Below are positions 25,887-37,698 of a stretch of 64,000 bases of DNA, in pieces. The notes beneath the pieces were generated by a model. That model ran no database searches and was not told where the DNA came from. It saw only the letters and a program-made list of their open reading frames with translations. The stretch is from Oikopleura dioica (lineage: Eukaryota > Animalia > Chordata). How positions within the stretch are numbered: the first letter of the stretch is position 1; every line of letters starts with the position of its first letter. Position numbers and translations under genes: made by a program. The stretch is from contig OU015568.1 of assembly GCA_907165135.1 (NCBI GenBank), forward strand, positions 930,001-994,000, in the 5' to 3' direction.

Positions 25887-27400
25887 ATGGAAAAAGAGCA
25901 TAAAACATGTTTAAAAAGAGAAAAAATCCTTGGCATAATCGTTTTTATAGTAAGAATTTTTTTATCCGCTATCTTTCAAATTTCAGTTTATCATCGCATA
26001 TATTTTGATATATACAGAAGCGTCAGATGATATTTCAAAATCTGTCTTCGCCAATTTCGAGAGCAAAGAAAGCAACCAGAGTGAAATCAAGGAAGAGCCG
26101 CAGTGGAAGATCATTGAACGTCATTTTATTCAAGGCTGCACAAATGATCATTGCAAAAAACACAGCTCACTTGAAGAAGCGAAAGAAAAGTGCCTTCAGA
26201 ATACTTATTGCTCAGGAGTCGTAGGAGTCAAAAACTGGTTTGAACTTCGCGCCGGACCGGGAATAGTAAAAAGCCCGATAAACGAAACATCTTGGCTCCT
26301 GAAAACAACTTCATGTAATGGAGATGAGAATGGTATATTTCTAAATCTGACGCTTCTGGAAGAAAATTATCCGCCATTGAAAGGGCTAAGTAAAAAGAGA
26401 GTAAATACGCAAAACTGTATCTACCCAGGTACCAAATCTCTTTGATGAAGGGCCTTGTGATGTTATTAAGGGTATCCAAATGTAAATAACATGATGCGAT
26501 TCAATCCTCAAATGAAACTGTCCGTCATTCATCAACCTGATATATGCAGTTTTAGTTCATCTTCAGTTTCAACATCTTTGATTTTCGGAATAAAATCAAT
26601 GCCAGGATCGACTTTGGCGAGAGAAACTTTGAGGAAAACATGGTTGCAGAGCGATATTTGGAAATGGCTCGGAATCAAAATCAAGGTGAAGCGAAAAAGA
26701 GAATATTTTGTTTTTCCTTGAACAAATTTATAAAAAAGTTGTTAAGGTTGTGTTTATCGTTGGCAATGATATTGATCTCTATGAGGAAGCTGAAATCAAC
26801 AAGGACCTCCTCGTCCTCGACTTCAAGGAAAGTCTTTATACCCTCCCATTCAAAGACATTGGCTTCCTGAAATTCATTCAATCCTCCTGCTCATCAGTCG
26901 ATTACGTCTTCAAGGGCGACGATGACATTCTTCTCTTACCGCAAAATCTAAAATCAGAACTGGAAGAGCTAATGAGCTCTGACTTTGAAGCAATTGGATG
27001 CCTGCGAAAACCAAACACGCCTCCGATCCGAAAATTAACAAGCAAGTATTTCATTCCAAAGCAAGTCTATCCTGGCACCGCTTATCCGGCTTATTTTTCT
27101 GGCCTTGCTTATCTGACAACTGGGAATTTTTCCTTGAAAATGGCCGATGCTATTTCTTCTGTACCAGTTCTCCCGTACGACGATGTCTACGTCGGGTCCC
27201 TTATTGCTGCATCTAACCAAACCGATAAGTTGACCACTTCGATAAGCATTTGCTGTGGCGTTTGGGCAAGTTCTGCTATCTACAAGAATGATCTGTGTAG
27301 CAAGGTCTAACAGTTGCTCACAAAATCACCAACAACAGAAAAATGGAAGAAACTTACAATCATCTTATTTCAAAAAAGATGAAAAGCGAAATCGATCAAT
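25887..27400 (+). CDS. GT31 beta-1,3-glycosyltransferase, paralog B (apparent frameshift near the 3' end)
   Basis: ATG 25887 gives MEKEHKTCLKREKILGIIVFI and the same motifs as paralog A. Extra introns at 26429-26470 and 26686-26746. An early TAA at 27308-27310 is followed by homologous sequence in another frame. Confidence 0.85.
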
Positions 27401-27913
27401 TGAGGTAAATTTCAAAATTTAGGAAAAATTCCGTATCTTTCAATGATTTTTAGTTGGAATGGAAATAAGAATAAGATATCTTGGGATGAAGCTTGAAAAA
27501 AGAATATAGAAAAATTCATTATCTTTGAAAATTGTCTTTGAATAAATCGTAAAATAAAAAAAGGAAAACTCAAGAAAATTATTTGATCAGCTGCTCGAGT
27601 TGAGCCATATCAGCTGTTCCATGAAGCTCAAAAGCAGCGCCCCCTTCCGGCTACTGGATTAGCACTGGCCCTTAGCTTGTGGCTCGGGCTGACGAGGCGA
27701 TAGGTTGTGAGTTTTTGAGGTGGAAATTTCACAAATTTGCGCCGCAAACGCGTTAACTTGAGAGAATTCGCCGCGTAATTTGGCGCCAACTTTGGAAGAT
27801 ACCTTCCCGCCTCAAGTGTCGATCTGCTTTACAACCGCGGTGACTATATAAAAGAAGGATTCTTCTGTTTCGACTTCGTTAAAAGGACGATTAATTGTTC
27901 GTTTCTTGGGATC

Positions 27914-30428
27914 ATGGAAAGGGAACATGATGATAATTCAAAAGACAATGTTGAATTTGATAAGGTAGAAACTCATCGCAAAATCGAATAAATTTTAATA
28001 CAAAAACGATCGAAATTTTCTTGATTTCCTCAGTTTTTCAATGTTTTTCAATCAAAAAATATCGATAATAATCAAAATTGTAGGAGATTGAGTATTCCAT
28101 TGCGCCAGTAAGCTACAAAGTAGAAAGTATCACGAAAAAAGAGTGGTCAGACCAGGTAATTATCACCTCATCAATTCAACTTATCCCTTGCAATCATCAG
28201 GGCTCTTCCGATTCACCAGGTCAGGATCATCATCCAGGGCCCCACCACCATCAAGAAAATCATCATCAGCAGCGTCAGCAACAGTATGAAGAAGAATATG
28301 CTGAGCACGGAAAAGACACTAGATATGAAGAAGTTCCATCGACTTCTAGCGTTGATGGCGCCTATTCAACTCTGTACTCAACTTCAAGCTCTGATGTTGG
28401 ATTGGTTGCCGTTGAAAGCGGAGTTTATCCAGTCATGGCGGAAGAAAGCAGTTTTGAATCGCATAATCAGCGCGGGAGTTCTAGTGTCTATCAGGTAGAA
28501 AAATGTCCCTACCCTTGTTGTACTCTGCTTTTTTCAGGAAGGATCAGTCGTAACACCCCTTGGAGATTCCTCCGAGCTTCATTCTCCCGTCCACTTCGAT
28601 GTCGAGAACTACCCCCAAGATGTTATGCAACCGGCAATGATGACTCTCGAATCAACTTCTCGTCCGGAGCCAACTCGTGAGCGAAGCAACACCGGCAACC
28701 GAGACGAGAACGTTTCTAAAGCAGAAACCGAAGAACTCAATTCTACACCAACGGCTCATCCAGACATCCGTCTCCAGGAAGTCTTGAAGAACTCGATCGA
28801 ACAGCCAATCAAAAATGGAATTTGTGTACAACTGAATGGGCAGCAGCTATGGAGGACATTCTATGATTTGGGTACTGAAATGATTATTACAAAGGTACTG
28901 CTTTTCTCATAAATGTCTTCTTCTTATAATTTAAAGGTTGGTCGACGAATGTTTCCAGCAATCCGAGTAAAAGTAAAGGGCCTTAAACCAAATAGAAAAT
29001 ACATCATGGCTTTGGACATCGAAGCAGTGGATGACAACAGATATCGCTACGTCTATCACTCCTCGAAGGTAAGAGTCTTTTGACCAAAAAGGCAGAATGG
29101 TAAATTTTTTATCTAAAGTCTGAATTCAAGTGGATGGTGGCCGGCACCGCTGACAATCCAGTCCCGCCGAGGGTTTATATTCATCCTGAGAGTCCGCAGA
29201 CGGGTGATAGCTGGATGAGGTAAGATCGATTCTCCAGACAAAAAAATGAGTCGTTTATAGGCAGAATTCCCTTGTCAGTTTCGATAAGCTGAAATTGACT
29301 AACAACGAAAATGATACACATGGACATATGATTCTTCATTCTATGCATAAATATCAGCCACGAATCCACATCATCGAGGTTGGGTTCAAATAAAAGGAAA
29401 AACCGGTAAACGAGTTCAGATATTGGATGAAAACGTACAACCAAACCTGAATTTCCAACAGCGAATCGACACCGAAGCACCTGGAGTTACAACTTTTGTC
29501 TTTCCAGAAACACAGTTCATCACAGTAACCGCTTATCAAAACCAGCAAATCACGAGGCTGAAGATTGATCGAAACCCATTTGCGAAAGGATTCAGGAATT
29601 CGGGGCGGAATAACAAAGCGCAATATGATCAGAATGCTGCTCCTCTTCCAGGTTCTAGAATTTTCGAAATACAAAGTTTACTTTTCTTAAGGGACTTACG
29701 CACATCATGCAGCGAGTAGACTAGCCTACCAATCGTCATCAACTGGCGGCAAAGCAGCTCAAGACTACACCCAAAGTAAGCTTTCATACCAAACATTTCT
29801 CATATTCTCTTAGGTACAATGACGACTCCAGTAACATGGACTCAATCCGCTGTCCCCCATCAAGCAGTCTACCCCTCTGATCTTTCTTCTCATCGAAAAT
29901 ACACGCATCATCACCCCGCCCATCAATATCCTTCAATTCAGGTACCTCCAAACATACCTCCCCAATCTCCATTTATTTCTAGAGCCTCTCATCAAATATT
30001 CAACTGGCATATGCTGACCCTCGATACCCAGAAACTTATTCTGGCTATACTCTTCCAACTCCCGCAGTTGGCCTCCAGGTCCGAACTCCTTCCTCGAGCC
30101 CCTCTCATATTTATTTTAGGAAGACAAACAACTGGAAGTAACAGTCCTTCACCAAGGTGCTTTTCGATCAAGTGGCTCGAGTCCAGCCATTCATCATCCT
30201 CATTCACATCCTCGACAAAGTGCAAAAGTAAATTTTCAACAAACAAAAAATTATGATGAACCCTTTTTCTAGCGCCATCTAACTCAATTACCATCAGTTT
30301 CGGACCACTACTGCAAGGAACCAAGATACGAGGAGGAATACCCGAGTCAAGACTCGCCGACCATTCAGCCAACAGATCCTTCTTCGCATCTCCACACGCC
30401 CCAGACGCACTTGTATTTCAGCCAGTAG
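27914..30428 (+). CDS. Tbx15/18/22: T-box transcription factor, Tbx15/18/22 subfamily
   Basis: The spliced T-box reads [23 protein letters not shown]...[31 protein letters not shown]...FDKLKLTNN...[11 protein letters not shown]...[41 protein letters not shown] and [16 protein letters not shown] are characteristic of this subfamily. Confidence 0.92.
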
Positions 30429-31092
30429 CGAAATCATTAATTGTGAATATTTATTTAAATCTATTCAATAAATCTAAATGCAATCGAGACAGCGTTCTGG
30501 AACAAATGTTCCAAGTGTCGAGTCAACAGATGATTCCAAAGCTGTTTATTTTGGATCAATTATATATTTCCAGATGAGCATATAAGCAAATCATCTCTCA
30601 ATTCAACGCTAATCTAAAAGAATGAACTTCATTTTTCTCCTTTTCTTTCAGAAATCTTCAGCATTTCTAGGCGATCATAGAACAAGACAGTATGATCATG
30701 TTGAGCACAATGCCAAGCCAACTTTTGACGAAGTAAAATACCAAGAAAAAGAGCGGAAACGAAGGCTATCCAAAATCAAGAAACAGGTTGATGATGAAAC
30801 GCATCAGAATCTTGTCAAATACGTTTTAGACTACATGTAACTTTTTGTTGAAATTTGCGCTTACAAATAAATTGTCACAATCTTCTTTTTTTTTATTTGA
30901 TAAATTCCGAAGGTATTTTGAAAAATTCCATCAGACAAAGTTCTCCTCAAAACTAAATAAGACTGTAATCCGACAAATCTCCTTCTTCTTTGTCTACTTT
31001 CAAGAAAAGAATACAGTTATCTCCCTGTATAACTTTTCAGCATAAACATGAGGAAAATAGATTTTTAAAGAAAAAGAGATTATATTTTCAAA

Positions 31093-31404
31093 ATGAAGGA
31101 GAAAATTGAGGAGGGTGAAAGCTGGATATTTAAGTTTTTGAATATGCCCCTTGTTTCTATTCCAGTCGCTACTGTGCTTGGTTTTGCTATTTTGGTGAGA
31201 GTTCTTATTTTGGAAAAATAATCATTTTTCAAGTTCGTGATTATGATCGTCACTCACCTTCGAATTCAACGAGAACACCGCTCTAGAACCGCGAAATCCG
31301 TCGTGAGAAAAATTCAAACTCGCGTTCAAATTTCCCGACAGGCATCGCGATTTTCTTCCACTAGGAAGCCACTTTATTCTACTGCCAGATTTTCTTATGT
31401 CTAA
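31093..31404 (+). CDS. Small single-pass membrane protein
   Basis: Reads MKEKIEEGESWIFKFLNMPLVSIPVATVLGFAIL|FVIMIVTHLRIQREHRSR..., with one short GT-AG intron and a basic tail. Confidence 0.55.
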
Positions 31405-31587
31405 AAATCAACAACCGGTGCGAAATTAATAAACCGGGAAAAACAAAAAAGTATGTCAGATCTTGAGAAATTACATAAGCGCCGAGCAATATCGCTGGAA
31501 CTTCATGCCCGCGGGCTAGATTCACGATCTTCAAGACAGAAAAATAGACAGTGATGGTCAGAGCTCTTAGAGATTCGTAAGAGAAAC

Positions 31588-33488
31588 ATGAAATTGAATA
31601 TTTTTCTTCCTGCTGTTGCTTTTGCTGGCTGGAAGGGACCTGAAGGTAAAAATTTGAAAAGAAAGGGGGTCGATGATTCTTTTGATAGAGCCAGATGTTG
31701 ATGATGAAGGATTGGGGACTTCGAAAATCGTTGAATCTTGGGCAGAGACAAAATGCGGCGCGTGCAAGGAAACCTTACGGCCGCTGAGAATTATGCTTCA
31801 TATTCTTCAGGAACCAGAAAAGGTATAAATAGGTCTGCATAACGCAAGAAAATTCCGGATACCCTCCTTTCGTCAGGAAGCCGTCGGATTTTCCTGACGA
31901 ATGGAGGATGTTCTAGAAACTCGTTTTTTTGATGATTTTCCCTTGATTTATCTTATTATTATTCTTTCTAAAAAAGGGTTAGGGTTGAGTAAATTCCCAA
32001 CTATATGTTCAAACGACTTATTTTTATCTAAAATTACTCTAAAAAACGAATAAGCCACAAAATTCGTAATTTTGATATTCAATCTCTTGTAGGTTAACAT
32101 GTTCTTGGAGGTTCTAGAAACTTTCATCCTCCATTCGCCAGGAAATTGGCGGATTTTCCTGACATATGGAGGATACAAGAATTTTCCTGACGAAAAGAGG
32201 GTCACCCGAAAATTCGACTTTTTATTCAATGCTTGTATAAAGCTCATTTTAACATATATTGGGCATAAAGTATAAATGACAGGACCGGTCCAAATTTTTC
32301 TGAATATTATATTTTTGGTACTTGAAGAACATATGTTCTTCAACGTATACGTTTATGCATATTTTATAAAGAAAATGAATTTCTCGAAAGATTTCACTAC
32401 AGTAACTTGCTCACGAAATAGATCAAGAGCAAAATATAAATGCAGCTATCTTTATCTCTATTTATGGTTTTTGAGAACTATATCTAGAATCGATTTGAGT
32501 TAATTTTTGAATTCAGGACGGAAATAAATGGGACGAGAAAAAGCGCGGGCCCTGGAAAACATCAGAAACTCGACTGATCCGAATCATGGAAGAACTCTGC
32601 AAACACGGCGGAAAAGCCGACAAAGCATGCGCCGCTCTTCTCGAAGCCAACGAAGAAGCCATCGAAAAATGGTATTACGATGGAAATGATCCAGCAACTT
32701 GGATCGATGAAATTTGCGTCAAAGCCGCCGGCCACTGTTGTCCTCGAGCGGATCAGCAGGGGCCGAATTGCGAGGAATGCCCAAAAGGAAAGAATGGAAA
32801 AGTCTGCTCGGGAAATGGGAGATGCGATGGAGGAGGAGATCGAGAAATAATCGGGCAGTGCAAGTGCAATAGAATCGATGATCAAGCATTCTACGAAGGG
32901 GAGACTTGTTCTGAGTGCCCCAGCGACGATTCTTCTCTCCGAACGTTTTCATATTTCTTGTCAAATGAGGAAAAACTTGACAGTGAAGAACCAATCTGTC
33001 TCAGATGCGATAAGGTTTGTCTTAAAATTCTCCAGTAACAAGGTTCATTCATTTAAATTTTAGGCCTGTAAAGACGGTTGCTCCGCAAAAGGTCCAGAAA
33101 ACTGCAACGAATGCAGAGAAGGCTATGCCTGGCAAATCGTTGCTTCTCCTGGAGGCATGAACATTTCTAGCGACGGAGTTCTTCAGGTATACTTTGTCTA
33201 CATTTTTAATTAATTCAAATGTCCCAAAAGGGTGCGAAGAGAGCCTGCGTTTCTTTGAGCAAACCAAGAACTGTCCTTGAACAAAAAGCTGCTGCAACTG
33301 GAACGCAGAAAATCTTCGACCCGAATATCGACATCAAAGTGGCTCAAGAAATGATCAAGGCGGAATACAAAGCCAAAGAGGTTCGTTTCTTTTTAATCTA
33401 CTGCGATTTTAGCGGTCTTTTAAGGAACGTCGTCGACAAGCAGAAGCAGAGAAACTCAATGTTAATTCCAAAGATGAGCTGTGAATAA
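31588..33488 (+). CDS. CRELD: Cysteine-rich with EGF-like domains protein (DUF3456 plus EGF)
   Basis: Signal peptide, CGAC, then WKTSETRLIRIMEELC, CAALLEANEEAIEKWY, CCP...GPNCEEC and CSGNGRCDGGGDRE..GQCKC...YEGETCSEC, following the CRELD pattern. Confidence 0.88.
31846..32216. mobile_element. Degenerate MITE-like inverted repeat in the CRELD intron
   Basis: 31846-31920 and 32110-32216 are diverged reverse complements built of CCTCC(T/A)TTCGTCAGGAA subunits. Confidence 0.55.
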
Positions 33489-33700
33489 AAAATGCGTAAT
33501 TATCAACAGTTTTTCTCCAAAATAATTTCTTTCTTAACTAAAAAATTCATTGGCAGTTAAAAAATTTTAATAATTTGAAGTAAGAGAATGTAATGTGGCT
33601 AACAAGGAGTCATTTTAAAAAAAAATTATGAGAAGCTTCAGAGGGTCAGCTCCATCTTCAAATTTGAAAGACACGGAAGTCTTAATTCAGTGAAAAAAAT

Positions 33701-36430
33701 TCATTGAATTATTTTGTGATATTTTTCCTGGAACTCAGCCGTCAACGGCACCTGAGTATCAAGATTTGTTGCTAAAATCTCATCAACACCGCAATTTTTG
33801 CCGGACAAATGTAGATAATTCCAAGTTCCTGTTTCGTAAAGCATTTTCGCATTTGTGTACGGATGTCCTGGATTCGTGCAAGCTCCGTTTCCATTTTCTT
33901 TTTATGAATAAAAAAATCACATAAGCTCAAGACAACAAAATTTTATTCTTTCCTATAATGTCGATATACTCACTTAATTTTAATTCGGGCGTAGTTACAA
34001 TCTGCGTTTTAGGAGGTTCTCTATTTATAACAAGCTTGTTTGCTGAGCAATCAATCACTCCTTTTGCACAAGAGGAGAAAATTTTTTTCGCCCTTTTGAT
34101 TTCGTCTTCCATTTTCTGAATTTTTCATTTCATTTCGCTTGGAAATATGAACAAAACCTTCTGTCCAAAAGCTTCTATTTTTCGATGTAAAGATGCATTA
34201 AAATAATTATACATAAGAATGTCGGCTTTATGAAAATCTTCGAATACTGCTTGCCTATTTGAATTTAATAATTCCTTTTTGTAGTGTCTTTCGTTTTTGT
34301 TTTCGAGATAGAGATGCTCGTATTCAGCGCAGAGTAAATGTCTGAGTAGAACAATGCCCTCCCAAAAATATTCCGTGATAAGAACCAGGTCAAATTGACT
34401 GTCCAATCTCGACAGACTCTCTTTTACATATGTGATGTCGTTTATTTTGTCGAAATCCATTCCAAGTTCAAACGACTGAGGGTTACTTTTTGATGGTTAA
34501 AAATATATCAACATTAATGAGACAAAATATTACAAAATAAATTTATCCGATTCCTTACTCGATACGCAAACGGAACCGAAGAATTGTATGCTTTTGGAAG
34601 AATATCGAGAAATTTTTCAATTGGCGGATATGGTCTCTTATTGTTATCTTTCACAAAGTCTGAGAGAAAGGTCTTGAATGGTGCGCCCCAGCATGGATAT
34701 TCACAGCCATTTGAGTTTTGATAAAAATAATTGTACGTTGACCGGAAAGTTGCAAGCGGATCACGAATTGTTGTGAAAATTTTGACTCTTTCTCGGTTTG
34801 AATCGAATATCGACGGCAAATAGTCCATATTCCAACGAAAATGATACGAGATCCCTTTATTTGGAATTATTCTGCAGGAAATTAGATAAAGCCCCTACCT
34901 AGGACAGGATCATGACGTTTGTTTCCTTCCCAACAGCGTTCGTCGAATTGAGCAGGAAAACAACCTCCTTGTGGTCCCATTTGGGGTTTTTCGATCTCAT
35001 TGAAAACCCTATTTATCTTCAACCATTTGTCGATGATGCCTTTGAATGTCGTTGATGCTGTTTTATGCTTTTTCAAAAATATAACGCCATTCTGACGATG
35101 ACATTTACTTTTCCATAAACTAAGATCAGCTGTTAGCGGAATTTTACTGAAAAAATTTTTCTTCGTTTCTCCTGTAACTTCATTCTCGGCTTTTTTTCTT
35201 AGATAATTTTGCTTCTCAAATAGCGGTAAACTGTTTCCTGCCAAGAGATCGTGAATTTCATTGATTAATTGATTTCCTTTTTCTATCATCGCGTTCGTAA
35301 AATATTCAAATGATGGCTGCTTCTTTGGTCGATGAAATTTTTCGGTTTGCTTTAAATTCTTTAAAAATTGATTTTAAAACTATAAAAACATATAAATATA
35401 CTTTTTCAAGACACTTAAGTCTTCGTTCGCGATCCGGGACGATATAATATTTTCGATCCTCGATAAAATCGAGAATTTTTGCCATTTCTTCTGTCGCGTT
35501 GATTTTTAAATTTTCGTAGAAAAAAATATGGACTGGAAGATCTTGCTCTTTCTTTTTAATAATTTGTAAAATGAGAGAACGCCACCGAGTCAACATGCTA
35601 GTTCCTTGTTTTTTCCAATCATTTGCCTTGAAGACGGATTCAGATACAGTCGAAGTATGGCTCTTTCCCTTTCTTCTTTTGAATTCAGCAACAGTTGCAT
35701 CAAATGGATTGCGGATCAAGAATAAGTAACCCTTTGCAGAGGAAAGACTTTTGTCTTCAGTAGTATGAGCCTTTTGAAAAAGAGTAGATCCATAAGTCGG
35801 ATTCGTCAACTCGCCAAGAAAGCCATTCTCGTAGAGTGATCTGTCGTTGTAAATGCTTCCAGTGAAGATTCCAGTTGATTTTTCAAGGAGCATTCGTGTC
35901 CAGCTAAAATTATGAACATAAAGAATTGATAGACAAAGTGCAGGCGAAGGGTGCAAGGATGCCTCAATCATAAAGGGTGAACCACCTGCGCGATCAACTG
36001 TATAAAATTATACATGTTTATTCCTGCAGGAAATAACACAAGATGTTAAATTTAGAATGAATTTTTTCAAAGCCCTAAATGGGCTTTTTGAAGGCCCATA
36101 AGTCTTATGTTATAAATACCTATAAATACCTTATAATAATAATGTTATGGTACTTACGTGTTACCGCTTCCAGGAAATGAAACAAGCGGGAAGATATCAA
36201 ACTCGTTTTCGCTACCAATTCTTGTTGCAAGCTCACACGTGTCTTCATTGACAGCTCGCATTTCACAATCAAGAATCATTTTTTTTCTCGATTAACATTT
36301 GTATATGTGGCTGGACAATATCATTATCTTTCTGCCAATCGACATTGTCGCGAAGAAAGATTAAGACAAAGCACGTGATAAAGGTAACAAAAATAAATTT
36401 AATTATTGCGTTCGTCGACATTTTTTCCAT
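33701..36430 (-). CDS. Fusion: TM anchor, WSCD-type sulfotransferase, galactose-3-O-sulfotransferase
   Basis: WSCD motifs SFPGSGNT|WTRMLLEKSTGIFTGSIY and LIRNPFDATVAEF. GAL3ST motifs VIFLKKHKTASTTF, IRDPLATFRSTYNYF, FDLVLITEYF and YFNASLHRKIEAFG. The junction lies within one ORF (34882-35289). A +1 shift occurs in a T8 run at 36279-36286. Confidence 0.82.
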
Positions 36431-37698
36431 GTTTTTTAAAGTTAACTTCTTTTTGAATATTTTTGAGTCCTTCGTTTCTCTCTCTCTCTTTTAAATTGTG
36501 GGAATAAACAGCCACGATCGTGAACTCATAATTTCATGTAAGGAGCAGCAATTTTATCTTCATATCTTTAACTTGAGTTAGTTTCTATTTATGCATTTTC
36601 TTGAAGAACGGTTAAATTCAAGAAAAAAAAAACAAAACTGATTTCGTTTTCCTAAGAAATTTGTCAGAATTTTTCTTGACATTGTGATTTATCGATGCAT
36701 AAAGTTTGATTTTCGCACTGCCATAGCAACAATAGAGAGATGAGGATTGAAAAAAACTTTTATGATTCGGCTCCTTTGTGGCAAATGCAAATGTTTTTTT
36801 TGTTTACTCATATTCTGCCAAAATGCGACGCTTATCCTGCCCACCTTTTGCCTCTCTTTTGGAAAGCGCAAATAAAACTGTTTGCATAAAACTGCCATTA
36901 AGTTGAAATAAATTAGAAAAAAATATTTTTTGAACACTGTTTTGAGTAACGAATTGAGTAATGGTGACGACGACAAACCGGAATTTAACACGCCGACGAC
37001 AATTGCTATATAAAGGCCATATAATATTGCACATGGACTTTAACGCCATCTATTGACCAATGCCCGAAGCCGATTCTTAACCCAAACCAACACACAGCCC
37101 AAAACCTTAAATCGAACATGAACCTACCATGGAGTTGAGCTCTAAGTGGAGATAGGAGAATCTGAGCGTCTTTGGCCCCGTAAGACGCTCGATCTGTGAG
37201 CGCGCCTAATTTTGGGAGAATCCGCGCCAACCCTTGTCGGCTCTCTCATTGGCTAGACCGGTTTAACTTTCGAGATTCTGTTCTTCCGAATCTCGAGATT
37301 CTTCTAAACCGACGAGCAAGCGTTAAAGAAACTTTCTAGACTTCCCCCGACAGTGATTTGCGCGGGACACGGGGAAAGGGGGCCAGGGGCTATCTCCCCA
37401 AAGAGTAAAACTTCATGGTAGTCTCAATCACAGACCATTGAAAAAAAACAGAAGTGAAAGAAGTAAAAAAATGGGTGTTTAAAAATTTTTGGGTCATATA
37501 TGGCTTATTTGTCGTCGTAAGGTTAATCTTTATTCGTTTTCTTCTTACAAAAAAGATAACGTCATCGACAACCAGAAGCAGATAGAATGAATTTTAATTC
37601 TAGAGATGAGCTTTAAATAGTGATCAAAAAAAGGCACTACAATCTTGAATGAGTATTTTTGTACGAACAGAATAGTGAAAACAAATCGTTATAAGAAA

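Noticed and set aside
31948-32343. 131-aa minus-strand ORF in the CRELD intron
   Set aside because: AT-rich, overlaps a degenerate inverted repeat, and shows no recognisable protein features.
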